Shown piece after piece: positions 47,326 through 57,302 of a DNA stretch of 64,000 nt. How positions within the stretch are numbered: the first letter of the stretch is position 1; each line of letters opens with the position of its first letter. Below the pieces are notes generated by a model, which had not been told where the DNA came from, made no database searches, and was given only the letters and a program-made list of their open reading frames with translations. The stretch lies in NCBI GenBank assembly GCA_022710585.1, contig JAKLGV010000001.1:192131-256130 (forward strand). The letters run 5' to 3'. This stretch comes from Deltaproteobacteria bacterium. GTDB lineage: Bacteria; Desulfobacterota; Syntrophia; Syntrophales; Smithellaceae. Position numbers and translations under genes: made by a program.

Positions 47326-48546
47326 ATGACAACAAAAAAAGAAAATGCGCCTCAGGAAAAAGACGCAGCCCCGCGCTGGCGATCGACGCTGGTGGTCATG
47401 TTCATTGCTCAGTTGCTTTCCATTATTGGTTTTGCGTTTGTCCTGCCCTTTATCCCCTTCTATATCCGTGAAATCGGCGTGACCGATGAAAAGCTGGTGC
47501 CGGTCTGGGCCGGGGTGATGATGGCGGCATCGAGTCTCACGATGACCATTTTCGCCCCCGTCTGGGGATGGCTTTCGGACCGTTACGGTCGAAAACTGAT
47601 GGTGGAACGCGCCATGTTTGCCGGCGCGATCATTACCATTGCCATGGGCATGATCGGCAATGTCTATCAGCTCCTCATTCTGCGTTTGCTGGCCGGTGCT
47701 TTTACCGGAACGATTTCCGCCTCCCTGGCCCTTGTCTCCTCTGTTTTACCGGGAGCGAAACTCGGATTCGGGCTGGGTCTGATGCAGGTTGGCGTTTTTT
47801 TAGGAATGTCCGTGGGACCGTTGATCGGTGGCGTCATTGCCGACATCGTCGGTTACCGTCTGACTTTCGTTGCCGGCGGGGCCATGCTGCTCCTTGGAGG
47901 CCTCCTGGTTATGCTGGGGACGAAAGAAAAATTTATCCGTCCTTCCGCCGAGTCACTGAAACAAAACGGGAGTCTCAGGACGCTGTTTGCCCTTCCGGGC
48001 TTTGTTTCTCTGATGGTTGTCTTTCTCGTGTTTAATTTCGCGATTCATATCGCGATCCCGATCATACCGCTTTTTATTGAAAAAGTCGGAAATCTGAAGA
48101 CGCAGGTTGCTTCCACAACCGGATTGCTGCTTGCCGTGACAGGAGCCACCGCCTCCATTTCAGCCGCCGCCATCGGCTATCTGAGCGACCGCATAGGACA
48201 TAAAAAAGTCCTCATTTTTAACCTGTTCATCACCGGTATCCTGTGGATGGTCCATGCCCTGGCCCGCAACATAGACCAGTTGCTCGTCATCCGAATCATT
48301 TTCGGATTCGCGATCGGAGGAAATATTCCGACGATGAATGCCCTGCTCGGAAAGATCACGCCAAAGGAAAACTACGGAAAGGCTTATGGATGGATGGCGT
48401 CCATGACCTCTCTCGGCATGACGCTGGGGCCGTTAACGGGAGGCGTCATGGCTTCCTATATGGGGCTTCGCTGGCCCTTTGTTGCGGTCAGCATTCTTTT
48501 GACGCTGGTTGTGATTCCCATCATCATGGGATTGAAGACCCGTTAA
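47326..48546 (+). CDS. MFS transporter
   Basis: 12 hydrophobic segments. MFS motif A-like GWLSDRYGRKLM and a second-half GYLSDRIGHKKV. Confidence 0.85.
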   Translation: MTTKKENAPQEKDAAPRWRSTLVVMFIAQLLSIIGFAFVLPFIPFYIREIGVTDEKLVPVWAGVMMAASSLTMTIFAPVWGWLSDRYGRKLMVERAMFAGAIITIAMGMIGNVYQLLILRLLAGAFTGTISASLALVSSVLPGAKLGFGLGLMQVGVFLGMSVGPLIGGVIADIVGYRLTFVAGGAMLLLGGLLVMLGTKEKFIRPSAESLKQNGSLRTLFALPGFVSLMVVFLVFNFAIHIAIPIIPLFIEKVGNLKTQVASTTGLLLAVTGATASISAAAIGYLSDRIGHKKVLIFNLFITGILWMVHALARNIDQLLVIRIIFGFAIGGNIPTMNALLGKITPKENYGKAYGWMASMTSLGMTLGPLTGGVMASYMGLRWPFVAVSILLTLVVIPIIMGLKTR

Positions 48547-48605
48547 TGTCTCGGATGCGGATGATCCCGCGAATGTCTGAAGATATTCTGTATTTCCATA
48601 ACAAG

Positions 48606-48634
48606 CCCCGGCCTTTAATGGATAAAGGTCGGGG
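48606..48634. terminator. 12-bp stem-loop between the convergent MFS and lemA genes (no clear U-tract)
   Basis: ccccggccttta (48606-48617) pairs with taaaggtcgggg (48623-48634), including one G-U pair. Confidence 0.45.
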
Positions 48635-48661
48635 CCGGATGGATTGCATCACAGATTATGA

Positions 48662-49237
48662 TTAGAATTGAACTTTGGGGGCCTGCTTGGCTTCTTTGGG
48701 CGCGTCAAAAAACGCCGCGTCTTTAAAGCCGAACATCCCGGCAAGCAGGTTGGCCGGGAAGGATTTGATGGCCTGATTATAGGCTTTGACCGCTTCGTTG
48801 TATCTCATTCTCTCCACGGCAATTCTGTTTTCCGTACCGGCCAGTTCATCCTGCAGGTGCAGAAAATTCTGATTGGCCTTCAGATCGGGATACCTTTCCA
48901 TCACCACCAGCAGCCGGCTTAAAGCTCCGGCCAGTTCGTTGTTGGCCGCGATTTTGTCCGGAACCGTTGTCGCACCGCCAACCTTCGACCGGGCGTTGGT
49001 AACTTCCGTCAGAACTTCTTTTTCGTGTGCGGCATATCCTTTGACGGTTTCCACCAGATTCGGAATCAGGTCAAAACGCCGCTGCAGTTGATTTTCCACC
49101 TGCGCCCACGAACTTTTGACAGCCTGATCGAGCTGCACAAACCTGTTGTAGTTGCCCGCGAAGAAAGAATAAGCGCTGACAACCAGCAGTCCGATGATGA
49201 CCAGAACGATGATGATTGTTTTCTTTTTAGAATCCAT
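48662..49237 (-). CDS. lemA: LemA family protein
   Basis: N-terminal TM helix, then YNRFVQLDQAVKSSWAQVENQLQRRFDLIPNLVETVKGYAAHE...RYPDLKANQNFLHLQDELAGTENRIAVERMRYNEAV. Confidence 0.9.
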   Translation of the reverse strand: MDSKKKTIIIVLVIIGLLVVSAYSFFAGNYNRFVQLDQAVKSSWAQVENQLQRRFDLIPNLVETVKGYAAHEKEVLTEVTNARSKVGGATTVPDKIAANNELAGALSRLLVVMERYPDLKANQNFLHLQDELAGTENRIAVERMRYNEAVKAYNQAIKSFPANLLAGMFGFKDAAFFDAPKEAKQAPKVQF

Positions 49238-49269
49238 TTTTGACCTCCTCTGTCATGTTGGTTTGATCA

Positions 49270-50004
49270 TTACAAAGCATCAACGATATTGCAAATATTT
49301 TCTGCTTCGCGCAGATATCTTTTGAAAACACCCGCGATTTCATTGCCGGAGAGTTTATCCACGCCTTCTTTGATCTCCACGCAGGTTAAAAATACATCCG
49401 CTTCCAACGGGATATGTCTGGCCAGTTCTTTGATGGTGTCGCGTCGTTTATGCGGCACCGCGGCCTGCTTCAGATAAATCAGAGCGTTAAAAATCGAAAC
49501 AAAAGCCATTAAGGACCGGTGGATGAGCCCCCTGATTTGCCGCGCGCTTCCTTCTGTTTCCAAATAGCCCTCTCGCAGCAGAATCAGCTTGCCTTTGAGT
49601 TCCCTTTCGATTTGCAGACGCAGATCCGCCGGTTTGAATTGCAGGGGCGCCAGCACGTCTTCGCCGTGAATCAAAATATGGTTGGTCTGCAGATTCAGAA
49701 ATTCTATCGGATAGCAATCCAGAGATTTCCCGATAAAGTCTTTGGTCATCACCCAGGGAATTGCCACGCGGCGCTTTCTCCAGCTCTTAACAACATCCAA
49801 CATATCGTCGAGCCGGTCAACGGCCTGCGGCGTCAGGACAACCAGCAGGTTGATGTCCGATTTCCCCTTGACATAATAGCCGCCGGCGGCGCTTCCGTAA
49901 ATGATCAGCGAGACCAAATCCTTGCCGAATACTTTTTTATAGTCCTCGGTCAGGTCAACAAAAACATCCTGTGGTTGATCCGGTATTTTTGCCATTTTAT
50001 TCAC
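49270..50004 (-). CDS. Nucleotidyltransferase-domain (Pol-beta superfamily) protein with a helical C-terminal domain
   Basis: LIIYGSAAGGYYVKGKSDINLLVVL (GS...D.D/N signature). It sits between the TPM and LemA genes with 14-nt and 32-nt gaps. Confidence 0.7.
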   Translation of the reverse strand: MNKMAKIPDQPQDVFVDLTEDYKKVFGKDLVSLIIYGSAAGGYYVKGKSDINLLVVLTPQAVDRLDDMLDVVKSWRKRRVAIPWVMTKDFIGKSLDCYPIEFLNLQTNHILIHGEDVLAPLQFKPADLRLQIERELKGKLILLREGYLETEGSARQIRGLIHRSLMAFVSIFNALIYLKQAAVPHKRRDTIKELARHIPLEADVFLTCVEIKEGVDKLSGNEIAGVFKRYLREAENICNIVDAL

Positions 50005-50018
50005 CTTTAAATATTCGT

Positions 50019-50801
50019 TTAAAAACTTCGTCCGGCGCCGCCCCCGCCGCTGCCGCCGCCGCCAAATCCGCCGAAACCGCCTCCGAAACCGCCGCCTCCG
50101 CCACCACGACCCCCGCTGAGGAACATCATCAGCAGGATAGGAAGCATCTCCCTGCCCGTTCTGGTACCTAAAAGAATGGCCGCGGCGATGAAAAAGAATA
50201 TGATTTCAAAAATGCCGATGCTTCTTTTGACGGAACGGACATTGGTCTGGTAGGGCAGCGGCGATCCGCTGAGCTGAACATTGGCATCCCGGGCAATGTA
50301 AGCGGCGCAGGCATACATCGCGTTGTAGAGGCCTTTTCCGTATTGGCCCTCTTTCAGAAACGAAACAGCATACTTGTCCAGTATCTCGCCGACCCGTCCA
50401 TCCGGAAGAATTCCTTCCACGCCGTAGCCGGTTTCGATGCGGATTTTTCTTTCCTTCACCGTCAGAAAGATGAGAACGCCCTTGTCCTCTCCCTTCTTGC
50501 CGATCCCCCAGGCCTGATAGAGCCCGTTGGCGTACATGTTATAATCTTCATTTTCGCCGATGGAGGGCACCGTCGCCACGACAATGGCCGTGCCGGTTTT
50601 CTGCAAGACTTCCTGCGCCAGCGCCTCCATTTTGGAAGTGTTTTCCGGATCAATTATATTGGCAAAGTCATTAACCGCTGTTCCGCGATGCGCGGGATAC
50701 TTGTCCGCGGCATAAGCCGCACAAGCGATCAGCATCCCAAACAGCATGATCACCAGCGTAAGCACGGATTTGAATTGGCGACAGAAATCTTTATTTTTCA
50801 C
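50019..50801 (-). CDS. TPM-domain (YgcG-like) membrane protein with a glycine-rich tail
   Basis: Signal/TM N-terminus. VNDFANIIDPENTSKMEALAQEVLQKTGTAIVVATVPSIG, GVLIFLTVKERKIRIETGYG, a C-terminal TM helix and GGRGGGGGGFGGGFGGFGGGGSGGGGAGRSF. Confidence 0.85.
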   Translation of the reverse strand: MKNKDFCRQFKSVLTLVIMLFGMLIACAAYAADKYPAHRGTAVNDFANIIDPENTSKMEALAQEVLQKTGTAIVVATVPSIGENEDYNMYANGLYQAWGIGKKGEDKGVLIFLTVKERKIRIETGYGVEGILPDGRVGEILDKYAVSFLKEGQYGKGLYNAMYACAAYIARDANVQLSGSPLPYQTNVRSVKRSIGIFEIIFFFIAAAILLGTRTGREMLPILLMMFLSGGRGGGGGGFGGGFGGFGGGGSGGGGAGRSF

Positions 50802-50842
50802 AAAAGACCATAAACATTTTTTGTTTTTTCACAATCGACTGG

Positions 50843-50890
50843 AGTTCACAAAACGTCTCAACTGCCGTGAACTATTGCGTAAAGTTCACA
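50843..50890. promoter_or_regulatory. Three GTTCAC/GTGAAC motifs in the divergent TPM / radical-SAM control region (candidate operator)
   Basis: AGTTCAC (50843-50849) and its reverse complement GTGAACT (50867-50873) are separated by 17 nt. A third copy, GTTCACA, lies at 50884-50890. Confidence 0.3.
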
Positions 50891-50985
50891 GACTGTCAAG
50901 CGCAAAGGATGACCGGAAAATCAAACTTGCCTAAGGAAAAATTAAATATTAAGAAGAAGGACATTATATTCGCCTGAGTTAAACG

Positions 50986-52551
50986 ATGTCTCCAAAAATT
51001 ATACTCATTCATCCGCCGGTCGCCAAATGCCCTGAACCGCCGGCCGGCATTGCCAGACTCTCCGCGTGTCTGATCGAAAATCAAATCGCGCACGACGTGA
51101 TTGACGCCAATCTGGAAAGCATTCTTTTTCTGCTTCGAGACGAAGCCGGTAAGCATGCCGGCGCGGACCGATGGACAACCCGCGCCCGCAAAAATATGGA
51201 TTCCAATCTCGCAGCCATCCGAGACATATCGACTTATCAGAATCAGAGCCGCTACCAGAAAGCGGTTATGGACATTCATCGTCTCCTGAATGCCGCCGGT
51301 AAATCTCTGAACATCGAGCTGTCTCTGGCCGATTATCAGGACAAAAACCTTTCGCCGGTTAAAAGCGTCGATTTGTTGAGCGCTGCGGAAAAACCACAGA
51401 GCAATCCTTTTTATCCTTATTTTCAAAACCGCCTTGCCCGCGCGCTGGAGGATCATCCCGCTTTTATCGGCTTTTCCATAAACTATTTAAGCCAGGCGTT
51501 ATGCGCGTTTGCCATGATCGGGTTTATCAAACGCATGAATCCGTCGCAGAAAATTATTCTGGGCGGTTCGCTGATTACGTCATGGATGAAGCTGGGCGTC
51601 CGTCAAAATACTTTCGGCGGTCTGGCCGATGAGATCGTAGAGGGCGCGGGAGAAAAAAGGCTGCTGGAGCTCTGCGGCGTCGAAAACAGTCCAGGCGGCC
51701 CCTCAACCGCCTACGATAATTTTCCCATAGATCAATATTTGTCCCCCGGCAGAGTTTTGCCTTTCAGCGCCTCCAGAGGCTGCTACTGGCGCCATTGTGC
51801 CTTCTGCCCGGAAAAGGCGGAAGGCAATGCCTATCGGCCTCTGGAAGTTTCTCAGGTCACCGGCGAGCTGCAAAAACTGACGGCCCGGATGAATCCCGCA
51901 CTGATTCATCTTCTGGACAGCTCCATCTCTCCCTCATTGCTTGACGCCCTGGCACGCAAGCCGCCCGGAGCGCCATGGTATGGATTCGTGCGTGTGACCC
52001 ATCATCTGGCCGACGAGGACTTCTGTCTGACGCTGAAACAAAGCGGCTGCGTCATGCTGAAGCTGGGGCTGGAATCCGGTGATCAGAATGTTCTGGACAG
52101 GCTTCACAAAGGAATTGATCTGGAGATCGCCTCCACGGTTTTAAAAAATCTGAAAAAAGCGGGCATTGCCACGTATTGTTATTTTCTTTTTGGCACACCG
52201 CCGGAAAACGCGGAAAGCGCCCATAAAACAATGGATTTTGTCGTCCGTCACCGCGATCAAATTGATTTCCTAAATCTGGCGATTTTTAATCTGCCCGCCC
52301 GCAGTGTCGAAGCCCGGACGCTGGCTACCCGGGATTTCTATCACGGAGATTTATCTCTCTACAGGAACTTTGAACATCCCCTCGGCTGGCACAGACCTGC
52401 CGTCCGCAGCTTTCTGGAAAAAACTTTTAAAAAGCACCCCGCCATCGCTCACATCGTCAAACGTACGCCGGATTTTTTCACGTCCAACCACGCGCCTTTC
52501 TTTGTCTTAATGAATCGCGGCGGCAGAGAGTCATTGACAGTCGAGAGCTAA
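50986..52551 (+). CDS. Radical SAM protein with an N-terminal B12-binding-like domain and variant Cys spacing
   Basis: ILIHPPV... N-terminal domain. Cluster motif SASRGCYWRHCAFCPE (C-x4-C-x2-C as read). LKLGLESGDQNVLDRLHKG. Confidence 0.8.
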   Translation: MSPKIILIHPPVAKCPEPPAGIARLSACLIENQIAHDVIDANLESILFLLRDEAGKHAGADRWTTRARKNMDSNLAAIRDISTYQNQSRYQKAVMDIHRLLNAAGKSLNIELSLADYQDKNLSPVKSVDLLSAAEKPQSNPFYPYFQNRLARALEDHPAFIGFSINYLSQALCAFAMIGFIKRMNPSQKIILGGSLITSWMKLGVRQNTFGGLADEIVEGAGEKRLLELCGVENSPGGPSTAYDNFPIDQYLSPGRVLPFSASRGCYWRHCAFCPEKAEGNAYRPLEVSQVTGELQKLTARMNPALIHLLDSSISPSLLDALARKPPGAPWYGFVRVTHHLADEDFCLTLKQSGCVMLKLGLESGDQNVLDRLHKGIDLEIASTVLKNLKKAGIATYCYFLFGTPPENAESAHKTMDFVVRHRDQIDFLNLAIFNLPARSVEARTLATRDFYHGDLSLYRNFEHPLGWHRPAVRSFLEKTFKKHPAIAHIVKRTPDFFTSNHAPFFVLMNRGGRESLTVES

Positions 52552-52610
52552 TATTATAAATTTTCAGCCATATTCAGACGTAAAATCCGCAAGAGCAGTG
52601 AGGGTATCCG

Positions 52611-53882
52611 ATGATACTGGATAATGTGACGATGCCTCAGCTTCTGGTTCTTTTCGCGATCTACTCCTTTCTGGGGTGGATTATCGAAGTTGTTTACCGG
52701 TCGATAACGCAACGCCAGATCATCAATGCCGGATTTTTGTACGGCCCGTTGATTCCCATTTACGGATTCGGCGCCATCTTTATCATTTTTCTGGAATTTC
52801 TGATCCATGCCTGGCCGCTGCCGGTCAAGTTCGCCGTTTATGGCGTCCTGTTGACGGCGCTGGAGTATGGCACCGGATTTCTGTTTGAAAAAATATTCAA
52901 GCTGAAATTATGGGATTATTCAAAAAATAAATTCAATTTTCACGGCAGAGTCTGTCTCCTTTTTTCAGCCTTCTGGACCGTGATGGCGCTGATTTTTGTG
53001 ATGGTCATCCATCCTCCGGTTTTGCGGTATGTGCAGTCGCTCGAAAAATCTTTTGTGAATATGTTTTCAGCCGTCCTGCCGGCTTACGTCTTGACGGACC
53101 TGGTATTTTCCGTTATTTCAATAACGGAATTCAGAAGGAAGATTGCCTATCTCTATGCCGAGTATTTCAATTTGAGCAACACGGAGATTGAAAAAATATT
53201 TCATTCCCTCAGACGACTGCGCACCGCTTTCCCGCATCTGAGCCAGTATATCGACAGCAGTATTGACCGGGAGATCAAGGGCAAAATCAATATGTTTTTA
53301 AAATCAATCATGAGCAGAATCAGGCAGAATATTGAAGGGCGCAAACCTTTTGAAAATGAATTTTACGAGATCATCGGCGATATTTATGAGCACGAGGAGT
53401 TTTTAAAGCTGAAAAATCACTATCACCACAATTCCTCGATTTACGAACACGTCATGGATGTTGCTTATTTTTCCTATCGGACGAGTAAATTCCTGAAGCT
53501 GGATTACCAATCGGCAGCCCGCGGTGCCCTGCTGCATGATTTTTTTCTCTACGATTGGCGCAATCGGGATGTTTCCGATCTTCCCGAAGATAAATTTCAC
53601 GGCATCGAACATCCGAAAATCGCCCTAAAAAACGCGACCACGCATTTTACGCTCAATGCCATCGAAAAGGATATCGTCATCAAACATATGTGGCCGCTGA
53701 CGCTGGTTCCACCCAGGTTCAAGGAATCATTTGTCGTTTCTTTCGCGGATAAATATCTGGCCTCCAAAGAGTACGCGACAAAATTAAAACGGGACAAGGT
53801 CGTCGGCCGTGTCCGGAAAAAAACCAAAGCACATCCGCCGCGCAAAGCCCGTAAAAAAAGACACGAGCCGGCCCATGAATAG
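52611..53882 (+). CDS. Membrane protein fusion: DUF1113 (putative ABC-transporter type IV, CmpB-like) N-terminal domain + HD-domain phosphohydrolase
   Basis: FLGWIIEVVYRSITQRQIINAGFLYGPLIPIYGFGA is typical of DUF1113. The HD domain shows YEHVMDVAYFSY...GALLHDFFLYDW...HGIEHPKIA...KHMWPL. The C-terminal tail is basic. Confidence 0.75.
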   Translation: MILDNVTMPQLLVLFAIYSFLGWIIEVVYRSITQRQIINAGFLYGPLIPIYGFGAIFIIFLEFLIHAWPLPVKFAVYGVLLTALEYGTGFLFEKIFKLKLWDYSKNKFNFHGRVCLLFSAFWTVMALIFVMVIHPPVLRYVQSLEKSFVNMFSAVLPAYVLTDLVFSVISITEFRRKIAYLYAEYFNLSNTEIEKIFHSLRRLRTAFPHLSQYIDSSIDREIKGKINMFLKSIMSRIRQNIEGRKPFENEFYEIIGDIYEHEEFLKLKNHYHHNSSIYEHVMDVAYFSYRTSKFLKLDYQSAARGALLHDFFLYDWRNRDVSDLPEDKFHGIEHPKIALKNATTHFTLNAIEKDIVIKHMWPLTLVPPRFKESFVVSFADKYLASKEYATKLKRDKVVGRVRKKTKAHPPRKARKKRHEPAHE

Positions 53883-53923
53883 CTTCGCCTGTCCTGATGC
53901 GGCGATGGCCCACTCCCATGATT

Positions 53924-55552
53924 TCAGTTGATGACGGACGCAAACGATTTTTTCGGAATTTTGAACAGGTAAAGGTTCCCTTCCTGTGTGAAAAATTGCT
54001 TCTGTCCGATCAATTTATTCCAGTCTGACTTTTTCATTGAATCGCCGTTCAGAAGGATATTGATCACCGCCTGGTCGGATAGATGACTGTAAGGAATTTC
54101 ATGAAGAGCTGACACCGGATAGATTCTCTTTTTAGAAATCGCCAGATCCTGGGGCGGATTCCATGGAATTTCGTAATCCGGGGAATAGACAACATCATAA
54201 TAATTTGTGTGGACTCTGATAAAACGGGCAATGGAATGATCCGCGGCATTCATCCTCGCTCTGTAAAAGTTCTGATTATAACTTTGCACCCCCAGGATGA
54301 AAAGAATGATGAAACAAACGGTCAACGTTAGTGATGCTTTTAAGTATTTCCTGGTTGTGGCCAAAACAGCGTTCTGGTATTGAACATACAACCAGCAGAA
54401 AAAAACAAAAATGATAGAAACAAAAACCAGGTTGTATTTCAGCATCGAAAACGGATGAATGATGGAATGTTCACGAAGTACGATCGTATGCAAAACTGAC
54501 GATAAAACAATCAGACTCAGGCCGTTGATGATGACTTGCTTTTGCCCGCTGAATTTTCTCCTGATCAAGGGAAAGACCAGGCAAAAAACGGTGACGAAAA
54601 TCAATACCGGGATGAAAAGCACAGTAAACCCGTTGCCGAAATGATGCGCAAGCTCCCTGGTGCCACCCCATTCCGTACCGCTGCTGGTTCTCATAAGAAA
54701 AGTGATCATCAACAGTTTCATTCCATTAGGAGCAAGGAGTAGTTGAATGAGAAACAGCGCCGACGCGACCAGAGCACTGACAATCAGCGGCCAGGTATTG
54801 GACCGTATTTTGAAAATAAGCGATTGCTCCGGATGCTCCCGGAAATTATTCATGATCCGTAAACAAACGGATACAAACGCTATGCAATAAAAATAATAAT
54901 CCGTTAAAATGCCCGCAAATAAAATCACACAGGAAAGCATTTGCAGAAAAAATTTCCCGCGTTTTAATTGTTTCGTGTATAAAGCGATTTCGACCAGGAA
55001 AAACGAAATCGATAATAATATCACCGCCTGATCCGCAAAATAGACATTATTCATATAATAGACGTTATAAGGGAGAAACGCCCATAAGGAAGAAAATAAT
55101 ACGGGTAGAAAGATGATGAGAAATCTGGACTTGACGTTAATATATTTCAAGCAGAGATAAAAAAGAATGCCTAATAACAGCATGGAAAGATAATATTCAA
55201 ATTGAACGAAATGTTTAATGAAACCGATCGACACTTCTTCCTGGCCGGTTGCCCTGGCAATCAAATATAACGGTATAAACGAACCGGGCGGATAGGAAAG
55301 ATATACGCATCGGTCATTATTGTTTTCAAATTCCACCGAGGCAAAATCGCAATAAGCGGTAAAGTTATCATAGGCCATGCCATCGATTAACCAGCTATTG
55401 ATAATATTCTGGGAAAAAGCAGAAAGGTCTTCCTGATAATTATCGGCATTTTGAAAATCGACGGGGAATAAGACTTTTAAGGGAATGATTGTCAACATAA
55501 TGAGACAAATCAATATCCCTAAAATATTTATGATATTTCCTTTATTTGTCAT
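53924..55552 (-). CDS. Polytopic membrane protein, GT-C-like putative glycosyltransferase (family unassigned)
   Basis: 542 aa, about 11-13 hydrophobic helices. The first large loop contains YLSYPPGSFIPLYL (reminiscent of GT-C loop motifs). The C-terminal region of about 100 aa is soluble. The gene starts 15 nt after the stop of the upstream flavoenzyme gene. Confidence 0.55.
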   Translation of the reverse strand: MTNKGNIINILGILICLIMLTIIPLKVLFPVDFQNADNYQEDLSAFSQNIINSWLIDGMAYDNFTAYCDFASVEFENNNDRCVYLSYPPGSFIPLYLIARATGQEEVSIGFIKHFVQFEYYLSMLLLGILFYLCLKYINVKSRFLIIFLPVLFSSLWAFLPYNVYYMNNVYFADQAVILLSISFFLVEIALYTKQLKRGKFFLQMLSCVILFAGILTDYYFYCIAFVSVCLRIMNNFREHPEQSLIFKIRSNTWPLIVSALVASALFLIQLLLAPNGMKLLMITFLMRTSSGTEWGGTRELAHHFGNGFTVLFIPVLIFVTVFCLVFPLIRRKFSGQKQVIINGLSLIVLSSVLHTIVLREHSIIHPFSMLKYNLVFVSIIFVFFCWLYVQYQNAVLATTRKYLKASLTLTVCFIILFILGVQSYNQNFYRARMNAADHSIARFIRVHTNYYDVVYSPDYEIPWNPPQDLAISKKRIYPVSALHEIPYSHLSDQAVINILLNGDSMKKSDWNKLIGQKQFFTQEGNLYLFKIPKKSFASVIN

Positions 55553-55567
55553 GGGGCATGCTATTCA

Positions 55568-57136
55568 TTATTCATTTTCAGTTTCAATGTATTCTTCATC
55601 AGCATTGATATTCCAGATATTGTCTTTTGATTTTTCCCCCGAAATAATATTGTTGACGGCAGTCATGGCTGTATGCATGGCATGATCCTGATTGTAATAT
55701 TTATGCATGCCATTTCTGCCGATTAAGAACAAATTATCAAAATGATCCGTAAAATCGCGGATTATCTGAAAGTCGGCATAGGTACCGAAGTATGCGGGAT
55801 AGGTTTTCGGAGTTCGTATGATCGTGCTGTCCATGACCTCATGTTTATCAATGATAGCAATTTTGTGTAATTCATCAATGGCAAATTGAATAAAATCCGC
55901 ATCCTGCTTTTTCCACAACGCATCGCCTTCGTTGCAACAATACTCCAGCCCGATCCATACCTTACCCGGATCCGCAACCAGATACGGCGACCAGTTGTTA
56001 AATATTTGCATCCTTGCCAGTTTGACATCACGCTCCTGAATATAAATCCAATTGTCCGGCACAAGATTATTGATGGTCGGAATCGCCGTTTCATTTTTTA
56101 TTTTCAACGCATTTAAAAGCAAGCCTATGGTGACGGAATCGCGGTACGGCAAACCGTCGCTGACCTGTTTAATGCGTGCCGGAACGGAATGCCCCATTGC
56201 GGCGATCAGATCTCTTACAGGCATGGTGGAAAAATAATAATCACCTTTGACGACTTTGCCGGTATCCGTTAAACGGTTATAATAGATTAATTCGGTAATC
56301 TGGTGTCCCTCTATCTTCAGTCCGGTAACTTCGGCGTTTTTAATGATAACGCCACCCCGTTCTTCTATGATTTTTGCCACGGTCTCCCACATTTGTCCGG
56401 GCCCCAACTTCGGATACATAAAACGCCCGATCAGACTCGTATCCGTATTTTTTTGTTCGATGGATTTATCTTTGCTGTAAATGGCTTTAAATGCATGCAG
56501 CAATGTCCTGGAGACAGACAATTCTTTAATTCGCTGGGCTCCCCAGTCCGCCGCTATCTCATTGCAGGGCACTCCCCAGATTTTCCTGGTATAATCCTTA
56601 AAAAACGTTTCATAGAGTTCTTTCCCGAATCTGCTGATAAAAAAATCTTCCAGCGAGCGGATGTCTTTCACCGGAAATATCTTAATCAAAAAATAGGCCC
56701 ATCCTATTTTCAGGATGCGGATCATCCCCAGATTGGATATGGTCTTCCAGTTCAGTTTGATCGGGTAATCAAAAAACTTTCCCAGATAAAAAATGCGGGA
56801 CAATCTGCTTCTGACAAGCATGACGTTGTCCGTCTTTTCAGGATCAGGCCCCGGCGTAGAACGAATTAATGATTTTTTTCTTTTTTCATCTTTTAGATCA
56901 AAATCCTGGACCGGCAGCATTTGCCGCCACCACTTCATGATCGTGTCCGATTTCGAGAAGAACCGATGTCCGCCGATATCCATCCGGTTGCCATGGTGCA
57001 CCGCCGTCCTGGAGATTCCGCCGATATGGTTTGTTTTTTCGATGATGATTGGTTGAATATCTGTTTTGGTTATCAGCTCGTAAGCTGCTGTTAATCCGGC
57101 AGGACCGGCACCGATAATGATTGCGCATTTCTTCAT
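55568..57136 (-). CDS. NAD(P)/FAD-dependent oxidoreductase, UDP-galactopyranose-mutase-like / amine-oxidase-fold
   Basis: [21 protein letters not shown] dinucleotide fold. IGGISRT...[18 protein letters not shown] resembles the GPHIFHT block of UGM. C-terminal [11 protein letters not shown]. Confidence 0.8.
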   Translation of the reverse strand: MKKCAIIIGAGPAGLTAAYELITKTDIQPIIIEKTNHIGGISRTAVHHGNRMDIGGHRFFSKSDTIMKWWRQMLPVQDFDLKDEKRKKSLIRSTPGPDPEKTDNVMLVRSRLSRIFYLGKFFDYPIKLNWKTISNLGMIRILKIGWAYFLIKIFPVKDIRSLEDFFISRFGKELYETFFKDYTRKIWGVPCNEIAADWGAQRIKELSVSRTLLHAFKAIYSKDKSIEQKNTDTSLIGRFMYPKLGPGQMWETVAKIIEERGGVIIKNAEVTGLKIEGHQITELIYYNRLTDTGKVVKGDYYFSTMPVRDLIAAMGHSVPARIKQVSDGLPYRDSVTIGLLLNALKIKNETAIPTINNLVPDNWIYIQERDVKLARMQIFNNWSPYLVADPGKVWIGLEYCCNEGDALWKKQDADFIQFAIDELHKIAIIDKHEVMDSTIIRTPKTYPAYFGTYADFQIIRDFTDHFDNLFLIGRNGMHKYYNQDHAMHTAMTAVNNIISGEKSKDNIWNINADEEYIETENE

Positions 57137-57240
57137 AGTTAAGGTTCTTTTTTATTAATGTTAAAGACATAAAGCAATGTCATCGTATTTGTCAATGGAA
57201 AGCTGATTGTCGCACCTGACGCTTATCAGCCAAGTTTATC

Positions 57241-57269
57241 TTGACAGACCGGACCTCGTTTTTTATGTT
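57241..57269 (+). promoter_or_regulatory. Candidate sigma70 promoter for the radical-SAM gene pair
   Basis: TTGACA (57241-57246), 17-nt spacer, TATGTT (57264-57269). This placement favours the ATG at 57303 as the true start. Confidence 0.4.
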
Positions 57270-57302
57270 TCACGATACAGGAAATCCGGATCAATAAAAT
57301 TT

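Noticed and set aside
57207-57302. Upstream extension of the radical SAM gene, and the possibility that it hides a RiPP precursor peptide (MSHLTLISQVYLDRPDLVFYVSRYRKSGSIKF).
   Set aside because: It begins at a TTG that lies upstream of the best promoter candidate (57241-57269). It is in frame with the enzyme and not a separate ORF. It has no Cys/Ser/Thr-rich core typical of SPASM-enzyme substrates.
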